64,000 nucleotides of DNA from an uncultured virus (IMG/VR IMGVR_UViG_2541047320_000011) (taxonomy: Duplodnaviria; Heunggongvirae; Uroviricota; Caudoviricetes): IMG/VR virus record IMGVR_UViG_2541047320_000011, positions 62,001 through 126,000 of that record; one strand, 5' to 3'. The notes below the pieces were generated by a model that worked only from the letters and a program-made list of their open reading frames with translations, did no database searches and was not told the origin of the DNA. The translations under genes and the position numbers were made by a program. Each line of letters begins with the position of its first letter. The first letter of the stretch is position 1. Below, in pieces: positions 30,764 to 40,730 of the stretch.

Positions 30764-30940
30764 ATGGAAAAAGTAAGAATTGTTAAACATAAAATTTTAG
30801 CTGATTCATTAGTGTGGTTAGGATTTGAATATATAAAAAATGAAGAAGGTAAGTATATATTTAAAAGAGACAGTAAATTTGATAGAGCATGGAAAGATTT
30901 ACATTACTTAAGAGCTATGTATGATGAAAGAGTAAAATAA
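30764..30940 (+). CDS. Hypothetical protein
   Basis: ORF with GGAGG SD. Confidence 0.6.
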   Translation: MEKVRIVKHKILADSLVWLGFEYIKNEEGKYIFKRDSKFDRAWKDLHYLRAMYDERVK

Positions 30941-30959
30941 TATTTAATTGGAGGGAGCT

Positions 30960-31163
30960 ATGGATTTTGAAAGAAATGTTATATTGAAAAATGGCAACTT
31001 GCAAGTTACGTTAGTTAATGATATGAAAACAAATAGTTATAGCATAGGCGTTAGGCAAATAGGAGGGAAACTAGAATTTAAGTATATAAGTAAAGAATTA
31101 TATAATAAATTGCTAGAAGAATTGTTAAATCAGGATGAAGTTAAATTTAGAGGAGGTATATAA
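30960..31163 (+). CDS. Hypothetical protein
   Basis: ORF with GGAGG SD. Confidence 0.55.
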   Translation: MDFERNVILKNGNLQVTLVNDMKTNSYSIGVRQIGGKLEFKYISKELYNKLLEELLNQDEVKFRGGI

Positions 31164-31164
31164 A

Positions 31165-31410
31165 ATGAAAAAATTAGATAGAAATTTAGGATTTGGAATT
31201 GCTTTTGAGGAAATAAAGAGTAGTAGCAAAGAATTAGGAATGAGATTGCCACAATGGAGCGAGGATGTTGTTGTAAAAATACAAAGACCAGATGAACATA
31301 GCAAAATGACAGCACCTTATTTATATATTGAAAGTAAGTATGGCAGAGTGCCATGGAAAGAAAATATAGTAGAAATGTTTATTGGCGAGTGGGAAGTAGT
31401 AGAAATTTAA
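31165..31410 (+). CDS. DUF2829 / Thoeris anti-defence 2 (Tad2)-like protein
   Basis: GFGIAFEEIK..GMRLPQW...PYLY...VPW...EMF..EWEVV pattern. Confidence 0.6.
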   Translation: MKKLDRNLGFGIAFEEIKSSSKELGMRLPQWSEDVVVKIQRPDEHSKMTAPYLYIESKYGRVPWKENIVEMFIGEWEVVEI

Positions 31411-31430
31411 TATTAAACTGGAGGACAAAT

Positions 31431-31685
31431 ATGGATTTTGAAGAAGAGGCAAAAAGAGTTAAAGCTATACAAATTAAAAGAAATAGAATGATTCAAGATA
31501 TAGTTAATGAAAAATATGTACATAAAGATAAACTGGTTAAATGGCTAAATGACAGTATAGATAAAATACAATATGATATAGCTCATGGTTTATTACAAAG
31601 TAAAGAAGAAAAATATATTGCTAAAGGAAGGTTAAGTATTATAAAAGAAATAAAAGAACAAATGTGTTTGGAAAAAATAATTTAA
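31431..31685 (+). CDS. Hypothetical protein
   Basis: ORF with GGAGG SD. Confidence 0.65.
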   Translation: MDFEEEAKRVKAIQIKRNRMIQDIVNEKYVHKDKLVKWLNDSIDKIQYDIAHGLLQSKEEKYIAKGRLSIIKEIKEQMCLEKII

Positions 31686-31701
31686 TAGGAGAAAAATAAT
31701 T

Positions 31702-32055
31702 ATGAAATTAATAAACGGAGCTAGACAAAGTGGAAAAACTACAGAATTAATAAAGTATGCTTATGAAAATAATGCACTTATATTATGTTATTCGTGTAGA
31801 AATTTGAACTATATAATTGAAAAAGCGAAGGAACTGAAACTAGATATAATTATACCAAGAGTATTTAAAACTTATATAGAGTCTAATCATAAAATAGAAT
31901 ATATGAAAACTATAAATGGAAATATTATTAACGATACTTCTAATATAAGATTAGTCATAGATGAAATAGATTATTGTTTGGGTTCTATTATTAGAGAAGG
32001 TATAGATTGCGTTACTGGAACAATTCAAGTGAAAAACTTAGATAATCATATTTAA
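31702..32055 (+). CDS. Small P-loop NTPase-like protein
   Basis: GARQSGKTT Walker A, LVIDE Walker B. Confidence 0.65.
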   Translation: MKLINGARQSGKTTELIKYAYENNALILCYSCRNLNYIIEKAKELKLDIIIPRVFKTYIESNHKIEYMKTINGNIINDTSNIRLVIDEIDYCLGSIIREGIDCVTGTIQVKNLDNHI

Positions 32056-32155
32056 GAGAGTTATTTATTACATATCAAAAAAATCTTTTATATCAAATCA
32101 AAATTTCTAAAAAATCTTATTTACAATTCAATCAAAACAAAGGAGTGAAATTATA

Positions 32156-32440
32156 TTGAAAAAGTTTTTATTAATAGGTATAGTAGGCACAATGTTAATA
32201 GGCATGTCTGGATGTACAGGAATACAAAGCTCAATGAAAGATGCTGAAAGTGATGTATCAGGGCTTAATAGAACTGTAAATGTATATTCAGATAATGGCG
32301 AGGTATTAAAAACATATACAAGTAAAAGCATGAGAGTTAAAGATGGAGATGGTGGTACTATAACACTAGATTTTGATGGTAAGAGGGTGATTATATGTAA
32401 TGCTCATGTAGTAATAGAAGAAAATCAATCTAACAAATAA
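32156..32440 (+). CDS. Putative lipoprotein
   Basis: Signal peptide with MSGC lipobox. Confidence 0.7.
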   Translation: MKKFLLIGIVGTMLIGMSGCTGIQSSMKDAESDVSGLNRTVNVYSDNGEVLKTYTSKSMRVKDGDGGTITLDFDGKRVIICNAHVVIEENQSNK

Positions 32441-32636
32441 AGGAGAACTAAATGTTTAAAGTCTTAAAAACAATTCTTATAATAATTTGGGTAGTAGATA
32501 TTTTAAACTTCCCACAATTTCAATTCTTAGATACAACATATCCAATCAATACCTTAGCATGGTTGCTAATCTGGATTCTTATACCATCAAGTAGTATATA
32601 CATCAATAAAGAAGAATAAAAGAAAGGAGTATTAAT

Positions 32637-32771
32637 TTGATTTTAAATATCGCTGCAATTTTTAATTTAGTCTGTATGATAGGTAATTACTTGCAAGGCA
32701 GTACTAATGGGATGTTACTTAATGGATTTTGTCTTGTAGCATTATTATTAGTTAATAATGACTTAGATTAA
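32637..32771 (+). CDS. Small hydrophobic protein (44 aa)
   Basis: TTG after AAGGAG; stop is the TAA of the site at 32769. Confidence 0.5.
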   Translation: MILNIAAIFNLVCMIGNYLQGSTNGMLLNGFCLVALLLVNNDLD

Positions 32772-32963
32772 AAGTATTATTTTAAGGAGATTAAAAGATG
32801 AAAATAACAATATCAATTCAAGAAGCAATGGATATTATTAAACAGCATTATAAGGATAAAGGAATTGAAATCAAAGACTTAAGTTTTAATTTAGAAAAAA
32901 CGGGAATGGTTAGAAATATTAAATTTAAGGGAGAACTAATACTTAAATAGGAGGTATTTATAT

Positions 32964-33241
32964 TTGATTAAAAGGATAAAAAAGAAAAGGAATAACATTA
33001 ATCATATAACTTCAATTATTATTTTTATAATAGGATTTATAATAGCAGCATATGTAGGAGGAAAAGTATTTTTTTAGATGGATTTGTAAATGCAATCAAT
33101 CTGTTAAAATCTAGTGATTATAGTGGATTAGAGCTAGGGAAAAATATTTTAAGAATATTAGTAGCTTATCCTGTTTGTGGAGTAATAAATGCTGTATTCA
33201 TATTTATAGATGTATCAGTAAATGAAATATTAGATAAATAG
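32964..33241 (+). pseudogene. Membrane-protein gene frameshifted in a T7 run
   Basis: TAG at 33075 after T7 (33069-33075); one extra T restores a continuous ORF. Confidence 0.55.
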
Positions 33242-33243
33242 AG

Positions 33244-33864
33244 GTGATACCTATAAGTAGTACAAATAGAAGTAATGTTAGAGATTTTCATGTAAGTGAT
33301 TATTATAGAACTCCGATTCCTAAAATAAAAGAATTTCTAAGTGAGTTCAGTAGATATGAAAATATACTCAATTCAAATATAAGGATATTAGACCCATGTG
33401 CAGGTGGAGATAATACAAATCCAATGAGCTACCCAACTGCAATTCAAGAATTTTCAAATCAAGAAATTTCAATAGATACAGTAGATATAAGAGATGATTC
33501 AAGAGCAAATCTAAAGCAAGATTATCTAAAGTTTCAATCCAAAGAAAAATACGATGTAATCATTACTAATCCTCCATTTAATATCAGTTTAGATATAATT
33601 AATAAAGCCTTAAATGATGTTAAAGAAGATGGTTTTGTTATTATGCTACTAAGATTAAATTACCTTGGAGGAAAAGTAAGACAAGAACTGTGGAAAAATA
33701 ATATGCCTAAGTATATTTTTGTTCACAACAAAAGAATGAGTTTTACAGATGATAAAAAGACAGACAGTATTGAATATGCTCATTTTGTATGGCAGAAGGG
33801 GTACAATCCAAAATTTTCAAAGTTAAAAGTATTAATAAGTCAAAAAAATGGAGGTACAAAATGA
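33244..33864 (+). CDS. Amino (N6-A/N4-C) DNA methyltransferase; probable ATA start at 33253
   Basis: ILDPCAG motif I, IITNPPF motif IV. Confidence 0.85.
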   Translation: MIPISSTNRSNVRDFHVSDYYRTPIPKIKEFLSEFSRYENILNSNIRILDPCAGGDNTNPMSYPTAIQEFSNQEISIDTVDIRDDSRANLKQDYLKFQSKEKYDVIITNPPFNISLDIINKALNDVKEDGFVIMLLRLNYLGGKVRQELWKNNMPKYIFVHNKRMSFTDDKKTDSIEYAHFVWQKGYNPKFSKLKVLISQKNGGTK

Positions 33865-34070
33865 AAATTAAATATGTGGTAATTGAAGGATATATTACAT
33901 CAAAAAATGATGGCCAAAAACATTTTATAAATTTTAGGGATTTAATTAAATTATATGGAGTGTCGCCAAGAGAATGTATAAGAGCAAAGGATTTTTACGA
34001 GAGAGATGGTTTAGACCTTAAAGATATAAAATTTCTATATCCAAGGAATGATGGAAAATATAAACTATAA
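33861..34070 (+). CDS. Hypothetical protein
   Basis: GGAGG SD; stop is the TAA of the site at 34068. Confidence 0.65.
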   Translation: MKIKYVVIEGYITSKNDGQKHFINFRDLIKLYGVSPRECIRAKDFYERDGLDLKDIKFLYPRNDGKYKL

Positions 34071-34192
34071 AATCATGGTTTTAAATGATTATAAGGTATC
34101 AATTCTAAATGACCAAACAAATCTAAAAGTTTAATTCCATATAAAACAATTCAAAGAAGCCAATCAATATTCAATTCAAAGGAGATGGTATT

Positions 34193-35758
34193 ATAAGAGA
34201 GTTAAAATTACTAAGTTTATTTTCGGGAATAGGAGCATTTGAAAAAGCACTAGGAAATATTAATGTAAGGTATAAATTAATAAATTATTGTGAAATTAAT
34301 AAATATGCAAGTAAATCATATTCAGTTATACATGATGTAAGTGAAGATATGAATTTAGGTGATATAACAAAAATTGATATATCTAAGCTTTCACGAGATG
34401 TAGATATAATTACTCATGGAAGTCCATGCACGAACTATTCTGTGGCTGGAAAAGGAGATGGAGGGGATAAAGGAAGTGGGACTGCTTCTTCTCTAATGTG
34501 GAATACGGTTGAAATAGTTAAGTATATTAAACCAAAATATGTAGTTTGGGAAAATGTAAAAAATGTACTAAGTAAAAAACATAAACATAATTTTGAACAA
34601 TATATAAATGATTTAAAAGGATTGGGATACACTTCATATTATCAAATCTTAAATGCAAAAGATTTTGGAATACCTCAAAATCGAGAAAGAATTTTCTGTA
34701 TATCAATACTAGGAGAACATACTCCTTATGAATTTCCAATAGGTTTTACATTACAATATAGATTAAGAGATTTTCTTGAAGAAGAAGTTGAAGAAAAATA
34801 TTATTTATCAAAAGAAATACAAGATAGATTTACTAAATTTCCAACAGATAGATTAAACAATGAGGATTTAAAGGTTATTGGGACTACTACGCCAAATCCA
34901 TACAATGATAATGGAGATTTAATATTTGATAAATGTACATCTGCATGGTGTTATAATCCAGATAAATGCATATCAACCCTATCTGCAAGAGACTATAAAC
35001 AACCCAAACAAATTATAGATAAAATAATTAAAGAAGGTAATGTATCTCAACATCCTAAATCTCAAGCAGGTCAAGTTATATCAGATGAAGGATTATCTAT
35101 GACTTTATGCAGTGGTACACATGGATATGCTATGGGGTATATTAAAGAAAAGAATGTTTCTAATGGAGCTATAAGAGGAAGATATAATGAACAAGGTGAT
35201 ATTGAACAGAAATTAGAAATAAGAAAAGATGAATGTTCTAATACAATAACTACAGTTCAAAAAGATAATGTTATTATTGAGCCTAGAATAAATGAAGTAG
35301 GAGAATTAGATATAAAGGGATATGATTTATTAAAAAGAGTTTATGGGGCTGATGGAATATCTCCAACATTAAATGCTATGACTGGTGGGAATAGGCAACC
35401 TAAGATATTAGAAGAAAAAGCAATTAAAGAGGGATATTTTAAATATCCAAATAGCAACAAAGCCCATCAAAGTAATACTTGTTATAATCCTAAAGGATTA
35501 AGTCCATCTTTAGATACTTGTCAAGGTGGAAATAGGCAGACTAAAATAGTGGAAAATTTAGATAATAATTTTAGGATAAGAAAACTTACACCCAAAGAAT
35601 GCTGGAGATTAATGGGTTTTGATGATGAAGATATAGATAAATGTATAAGAGCTAAATTGTCCAATACTCAGCTCTATAAACAAGCAGGTAATTCAATCTG
35701 TGTACCAGTCTTAGAAGAAATATTCAAAAAATTATTACAGGAATACATATATAATTAA
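34193..35758 (+). CDS. C5-cytosine DNA methyltransferase with a long multi-TRD variable region; non-canonical ATA/ATT start
   Basis: In-frame SLFSGIGAFE upstream of ORF 34349; GSPC, WENVKN, PQNRERIF, KLTPKECWRLMGF, QAGNSI. Confidence 0.92.
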   Translation: MRELKLLSLFSGIGAFEKALGNINVRYKLINYCEINKYASKSYSVIHDVSEDMNLGDITKIDISKLSRDVDIITHGSPCTNYSVAGKGDGGDKGSGTASSLMWNTVEIVKYIKPKYVVWENVKNVLSKKHKHNFEQYINDLKGLGYTSYYQILNAKDFGIPQNRERIFCISILGEHTPYEFPIGFTLQYRLRDFLEEEVEEKYYLSKEIQDRFTKFPTDRLNNEDLKVIGTTTPNPYNDNGDLIFDKCTSAWCYNPDKCISTLSARDYKQPKQIIDKIIKEGNVSQHPKSQAGQVISDEGLSMTLCSGTHGYAMGYIKEKNVSNGAIRGRYNEQGDIEQKLEIRKDECSNTITTVQKDNVIIEPRINEVGELDIKGYDLLKRVYGADGISPTLNAMTGGNRQPKILEEKAIKEGYFKYPNSNKAHQSNTCYNPKGLSPSLDTCQGGNRQTKIVENLDNNFRIRKLTPKECWRLMGFDDEDIDKCIRAKLSNTQLYKQAGNSICVPVLEEIFKKLLQEYIYN

Positions 35759-35794
35759 ATGATTATAAAATGTCAGTTTTAAATTAAAAAAATA

Positions 35795-35853
35795 TGGTCT
35801 CGTATATGACATTCTAAGGATGTATATAAATGACTACTTGTGTTTATACCTTG
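35795..35853 (-). repeat. 59-bp dispersed element
   Basis: Reverse complement shares AAGGTATAAACA and CCTTAGAATG.CATATA with 61771-61829. Confidence 0.7.
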
Positions 35854-35900
35854 CAATCTTAAATTGGCATATACGAAGTCTGAGAAAGGTAGTGATTTCA

Positions 35901-36122
35901 ATACTTATAGACGAGCAAAGATATTATAATTTACTAGAGAAGAACAGAGAATTAAATATTAAAATTAGTGAACTAAATGAAGAAAATATTTTTTTGAAAC
36001 AAGAAAATAAGGAATATGAAGAAATTTTAGATAAGTGGAGAAGTATAAAGGGAGAAATTAAATCTGCATATGAAATTAGAAGAAGGCTAAATAGAAAACA
36101 TGGAAAGTTAGAAATGATATAG
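35901..36122 (+). CDS. Coiled-coil hypothetical protein (probable ATA start)
   Basis: (M)LIDEQRYYNLLEK aligns with paralog MIIDEQRYHDLLEK at 27119. Confidence 0.6.
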   Translation: MLIDEQRYYNLLEKNRELNIKISELNEENIFLKQENKEYEEILDKWRSIKGEIKSAYEIRRRLNRKHGKLEMI

Positions 36123-36142
36123 CATAAAATTGAGGATTTGTA

Positions 36143-36451
36143 ATGGATACAAATAAAATATATGAGAAAAAAGAATATATTATTATCAAATCTAAAACTG
36201 GATATATTGTTTATAATACAAATAAAAAATTTGAAGAAGGGCATACTCATTTAAAAAGTTATAATGCTGCCAGAACAGTAATTGATTTAGCTATCAGAAA
36301 GAAGATACCAAGAAGTTATTCTATTTATTTTATAACAAGTCTTAAGAGAATCTCTAATGATATAAACTATATAAAATCTATAAATAAGCTCATGGAAACA
36401 AGAGGTAATAAAGGTTTAAAAGAAAAATATATAAATTCTAAAAAAATCTAA
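36143..36451 (+). CDS. Phage hypothetical protein
   Basis: GYIVYNTNKKFEEGHTHLKS. Confidence 0.75.
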   Translation: MDTNKIYEKKEYIIIKSKTGYIVYNTNKKFEEGHTHLKSYNAARTVIDLAIRKKIPRSYSIYFITSLKRISNDINYIKSINKLMETRGNKGLKEKYINSKKI

Positions 36452-36525
36452 AATGATTATTACATAGGTAGAAAAATAACTTATGTCATACAATTGTCAT
36501 CAAGATGTAAAGGAGTGATTAATAT

Positions 36526-37647
36526 TTGAAAGCTTATAAAAACAAACAATTTTTAGTGTTTGAATTTGAGGATGGTAAAAATGTAAAATACAATTTGGCA
36601 ACAGGAGAATGCATTGGTAAATCTGGAAGGATTGTAAAAGATGTGCGTACTCAACTTAGAGGATATAATTTACATGAGGTAATGAATTCTTTTGAAGATG
36701 AAAATTATAAGTGTTTTTTAAATTTTGTGGATAGAAGAGTAAATAGAAGTAAGAGTAGCAGAGCTTGGGGAATGAGAGTTGAAAGAATAAGAAATATAGG
36801 AAGTTTTTTAAATGAAATAAATAATTATTCTAAGTATGAACAATTATTCTCAGCAGGATTAAAAAAAGTAATTTATCCGATATATTGTGATATTAAGAGT
36901 ATACCTAAAGGTCTTATTTCTATTTGTAGGAATCATAGTATTACTTTGAGTGACCGATTGATACAAAAGTATAGTAAAAACCCCAATTTGTATAATAATT
37001 TATTAAGCTTAGAATTGAATTCAATAAGAAAAACTAATTTAATTTCAATTCTTGATTCTGGTTATGATAGAGTGATATTTGATAGATTAATATATACATA
37101 TAAATATAAGCCTCAATCACTTATAAATTATATAGATAATCTAATGACATATGAAGCATTGAATGGGCTTGAAAGTACTCTAAATGAATTATATGACTAT
37201 GTTGTTATGATGAGTGCAATAAGTGATAAATATGAAAAATATCCAAGACATTTCTTAACAACTCATAAAATAGCAACTCGAAATTATAATCGTCTTAAAA
37301 CTCAATTTAAAGAAGAAGTATTTAATAAAAGAATAGACAAGTCACTAGAATATTCATATCAAGATTATAAATTCATATATCCAAAAAGCACAAGTGAAAT
37401 TAAAGATGAAGCAGTACAACAAAATAATTGTGTAAGTAGTTATATTCAAAATGTTATAGATGGAAAATGTCATATATTATTTATGAGAAAAAAGGATAAT
37501 CCAAGTAAAAGTTTAGTAACAATTGAAGTTAGAGATGGCAAAATAGTCCAAGCTAAAGGTAAATATAATAGAGATGTCAATGAAATAGAGCAAGAAGCAA
37601 TCGATAAATATAATAATAGAATAGAAAGGATGAAGAAAGTATGTTAA
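36526..37647 (+). CDS. PcfJ-domain protein
   Basis: EIKDEAVQQNNCVSSY...ILFMRK...LVTIEV..IVQAKGKYN. Confidence 0.8.
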   Translation: MKAYKNKQFLVFEFEDGKNVKYNLATGECIGKSGRIVKDVRTQLRGYNLHEVMNSFEDENYKCFLNFVDRRVNRSKSSRAWGMRVERIRNIGSFLNEINNYSKYEQLFSAGLKKVIYPIYCDIKSIPKGLISICRNHSITLSDRLIQKYSKNPNLYNNLLSLELNSIRKTNLISILDSGYDRVIFDRLIYTYKYKPQSLINYIDNLMTYEALNGLESTLNELYDYVVMMSAISDKYEKYPRHFLTTHKIATRNYNRLKTQFKEEVFNKRIDKSLEYSYQDYKFIYPKSTSEIKDEAVQQNNCVSSYIQNVIDGKCHILFMRKKDNPSKSLVTIEVRDGKIVQAKGKYNRDVNEIEQEAIDKYNNRIERMKKVC

Positions 37648-38078
37648 TAGAAGGAACTAAAATAAGATTAATGAAAGAAATACAAGGTTTTGAGATGTTA
37701 AAAATAGGAGATATATTTGTTATTACATCTGTGGGAAATAATGGAGCTATACATTTTAAAACAGATTATGGGATGGGATTCATGAATTATAGTGAATTGA
37801 AAAAATATTTTGAAGTTGCAATAAAGACTAAGAAAAAAGAACGTATTTGGAGTGAGTGGAGAACTGCGACTGTACTTGGAACAAATAAGACTTGTAAGTA
37901 TAGAACAAATGGAAAGAAAGTAGAAGTTAGAATGGGAGATTTTAAAGCATCAGCTACTTGCCATGATTCAGATGAGTTTGATTTCAATAAAGGTATTAAG
38001 TTATGTCTGGCAAGAATTGAAGTTAAAAAAGCAAAGAAACAAGTAAATTTAGTATTAGATGAAATAAATAATAAATAA
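37641..38078 (+). CDS. Hypothetical protein
   Basis: ASATCHDSDEFDFNKGIKLC. Confidence 0.7.
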   Translation: MLIEGTKIRLMKEIQGFEMLKIGDIFVITSVGNNGAIHFKTDYGMGFMNYSELKKYFEVAIKTKKKERIWSEWRTATVLGTNKTCKYRTNGKKVEVRMGDFKASATCHDSDEFDFNKGIKLCLARIEVKKAKKQVNLVLDEINNK

Positions 38079-38282
38079 ATTTAGGGGGAGTTAGAATGAC
38101 TTGTAAACTTAAAGATATATGTGAAAATAAGAATACTGATTGTGATTATTGTTGTTATAATCCAAATGCATATTTAGAGGATGCTTTTGAATGGAATGGA
38201 GAAGGAAAAGAACCATCTAGTGAAGAATTGAATGATGCTCTTGCAGAATAAATAAGTATTTAAAATGATAATTTTAATATGA

Positions 38283-38855
38283 TTGGAGGTCTTTATGAGG
38301 TGGAGAAATATATTAGTAACAAGTGTTTTAGTAATGGGTAGTAGCATACATATATTTGCTAATACTAAAGAAATGAGTACTAGCAGGATGGATAAAAATA
38401 TTGTAGCAGATACAGCTAAAAATATTAACTTAATGTATAAATATGAGTGGGAGCAACACAAAAATAGTTCTGAATATAAATTAGAAATTAAGAGAATTAA
38501 TTTAGAAAAGGACTTAGGAATAAAAATAGAAAAATTAATTCCTGTAACATGGGAAGTAAGTTACTATACTTCTTTAAACTGTGAAAATAGTAGATATGGA
38601 GCTATTACAGCTACAGGAGAAAAATTACAATATGGGTTTGTGGCCAATAATCATCTTAAATTCGGAACTAAAATATTAGTTGATGGAAATTTAAAGGTGG
38701 TTAAAGACAGAGGTTCTAATAAATATTTTGGAAATTCTAATGCAATAGATGTATTTGTGCCAAGAATAAAAGGGGAGAGTGATTATAAGTATTATAAAAG
38801 GGTGAACAATATGGGAAGACATTATAAAGAAGGTTATATTATTGTGGAAGGTTAG
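38283..38855 (+). CDS. Secreted 3D-domain (cell-wall lytic-like) protein
   Basis: Signal peptide; TATG, FGTKI, VKDRG, IDVF. Confidence 0.75.
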   Translation: MEVFMRWRNILVTSVLVMGSSIHIFANTKEMSTSRMDKNIVADTAKNINLMYKYEWEQHKNSSEYKLEIKRINLEKDLGIKIEKLIPVTWEVSYYTSLNCENSRYGAITATGEKLQYGFVANNHLKFGTKILVDGNLKVVKDRGSNKYFGNSNAIDVFVPRIKGESDYKYYKRVNNMGRHYKEGYIIVEG

Positions 38856-38866
38856 GAGTTGATAAA

Positions 38867-39532
38867 TTGAAAGTAAATGGAATAAAAATACCAGGAATTA
38901 TTGATGTATCAAATGTGTGTGTTTATGGAATTAAAGAAAGTATAATTTCGAGTGGTTATCCTATGCAGCAACAGATTAAAGATATGAGAGAAGTAAATAT
39001 TTCAGAAAAAGATTTACAACGAGCATGTCAATTAGGCAAATCAAAACAAGGTTCAGGCCATGATTGCTTCTCTAAAGGAATTATTGTCCAAATGGATTTG
39101 CAATGGTCAGAATATATGTGGAGACAGTGGGATAGATATCATCATAATGACTATGTATCTAGTCAAAGTAAAATGCACAGATTAACCAAATTTAATATTG
39201 ATGATATGTGTAATAAGTATGTTGTTAAAAATACAATAAATTTCCTGAATGAATTGATTTACGATTATAATAATTTTCAGGAATTAAAATTAACCGCATC
39301 TGATGAAGTCACTCTTAGAAATGGAGAAAATATTAGAGCCACAAAGGAAACTCTTTGGAAAATTATAATATCAAATTGCCCATCAGGATTAATGTTAACT
39401 GCAAGAGTTACATTAAATTATCTACAAATAAAATCTATGATAAATCAAAGAGAAAATCATAAAATGGAAGAATGGAGAATTTTATGTGATTTCTTTAAAA
39501 CATTACCAAAATATAAAGAATTAATGATGTAA
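38867..39532 (+). CDS. Divergent ThyX-like protein
   Basis: SGHD, QWDRYH, SSQSKMHR, LNYLQIKSMINQRENH..EW. Confidence 0.5.
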   Translation: MKVNGIKIPGIIDVSNVCVYGIKESIISSGYPMQQQIKDMREVNISEKDLQRACQLGKSKQGSGHDCFSKGIIVQMDLQWSEYMWRQWDRYHHNDYVSSQSKMHRLTKFNIDDMCNKYVVKNTINFLNELIYDYNNFQELKLTASDEVTLRNGENIRATKETLWKIIISNCPSGLMLTARVTLNYLQIKSMINQRENHKMEEWRILCDFFKTLPKYKELMM

Positions 39533-39724
39533 TCATATTAAAAGGAGAGGTTAAATGAAATTAGGAATACCACAAATTTTAGTAATAATAATATACATTA
39601 TGCAATTAGGAGCGTCTTTAGCTAATAATGGAAAGGTAAAAGAAATGAAAATAAGTTTTGGAGTATCTACAATTTCAAAGCTAATAATTTTTGGTTTATT
39701 GTATTGGGGAGGATTTTTTAGTTA

Positions 39725-39820
39725 AAATAAATAAAATTAAAAATAAGTATTGAAATAATAAATAGAACATGTTATTATAAGTATATAGAAAAATTAAGAA
39801 TAATTACAACTAAATAAAAT
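39725..39820 (+). promoter_or_regulatory. Replication-operon promoter with operator boxes
   Basis: TTGAAA(39750)-N17-TATTAT(39773); boxes at 39725 and 39808; same layout as the 20065 promoter. Confidence 0.75.
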
Positions 39821-39844
39821 ACAAAATTAAAGAGGAGAATATTT

Positions 39845-40690
39845 ATGGCGAAAAAAAATGTAAATTACAATGAGGTTTTTGTTAGTGGGGAAGTGTTAGA
39901 TATATTAGCAGCAGAAAGAGTAAAAGAAGGAACTCCACAAGAAGCAATAAAGTTTAAACTTAATGTTGCTATATCACAAGATAAGAATGAAATAGTTGAT
40001 TATTATGGAAGCATATACACATCTGCTGGAGGAGTTAATAAGATATCACAGGGATTAGAAACAGTTGTGAATGATATTGTAACTAGAGCAGAAGAGGGTA
40101 GAGGAGAAATAGTTAGATGTACTTGTCAGTTAGATGATAATACATATTATAGTGATGGAGAAAAACATGAAGGATTTAGAATACAAGGTAAATTTTGTAA
40201 CAGACAAAAAGATGCAAAACTACCTATAAAGGCAGGTATATTATGGAGGGCATATGTATACTTGGAGGAAATAATAAAAATAGAAGAAGGATTAGAAGTA
40301 ATAGGAATAATAAATAAATACAATGATAATGGATTTAGAGTTAGACTTGTAATTGATAATACAGAAGTAATAAAAGAATTTGAAAAGCTATATAAAGTGG
40401 GAGATGTACCACAATTAGAAGGAGATATAGTAACTGAGATAATAGAAGGAACTGGTGGATTTGGTACAGGGAAAAAAGATAAAATAATAAAATATCTTAG
40501 AATAACTGGAGGTTCAGGAAATAAGATATCAAAAGAAAATGATTTTGGTGAAGATGGGAAGCCTAATCCATTCTATAAGGATAATATAGTAGCCATGATA
40601 GATAAAATGGAAGAAAAAGAAAATGCCATGAAAGAAAAAGATGCACAAAAGAATAACATAAATATTGAAGAATCAGATTTACCATTTTAA
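39845..40690 (+). CDS. Single-stranded DNA-binding protein-like
   Basis: NEVFVSG N-terminus, acidic tail ESDLPF, first gene of the replication block. Confidence 0.65.
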   Translation: MAKKNVNYNEVFVSGEVLDILAAERVKEGTPQEAIKFKLNVAISQDKNEIVDYYGSIYTSAGGVNKISQGLETVVNDIVTRAEEGRGEIVRCTCQLDDNTYYSDGEKHEGFRIQGKFCNRQKDAKLPIKAGILWRAYVYLEEIIKIEEGLEVIGIINKYNDNGFRVRLVIDNTEVIKEFEKLYKVGDVPQLEGDIVTEIIEGTGGFGTGKKDKIIKYLRITGGSGNKISKENDFGEDGKPNPFYKDNIVAMIDKMEEKENAMKEKDAQKNNINIEESDLPF

Positions 40691-40730
40691 TTAATATTTA
40701 TAAACTAAATAAAATTTAAAGGAGAGTTTT

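Noticed and set aside
34095..34180. G-poor leader with CAATTCAAAG twice (similar tract at 32070-32140)
   Set aside because: Short and low-complexity; no supportable function
35820..35900. N-terminal extension of ORF 35820-36122
   Set aside because: Overlaps the 59-bp element; paralog alignment points to a start at 35901
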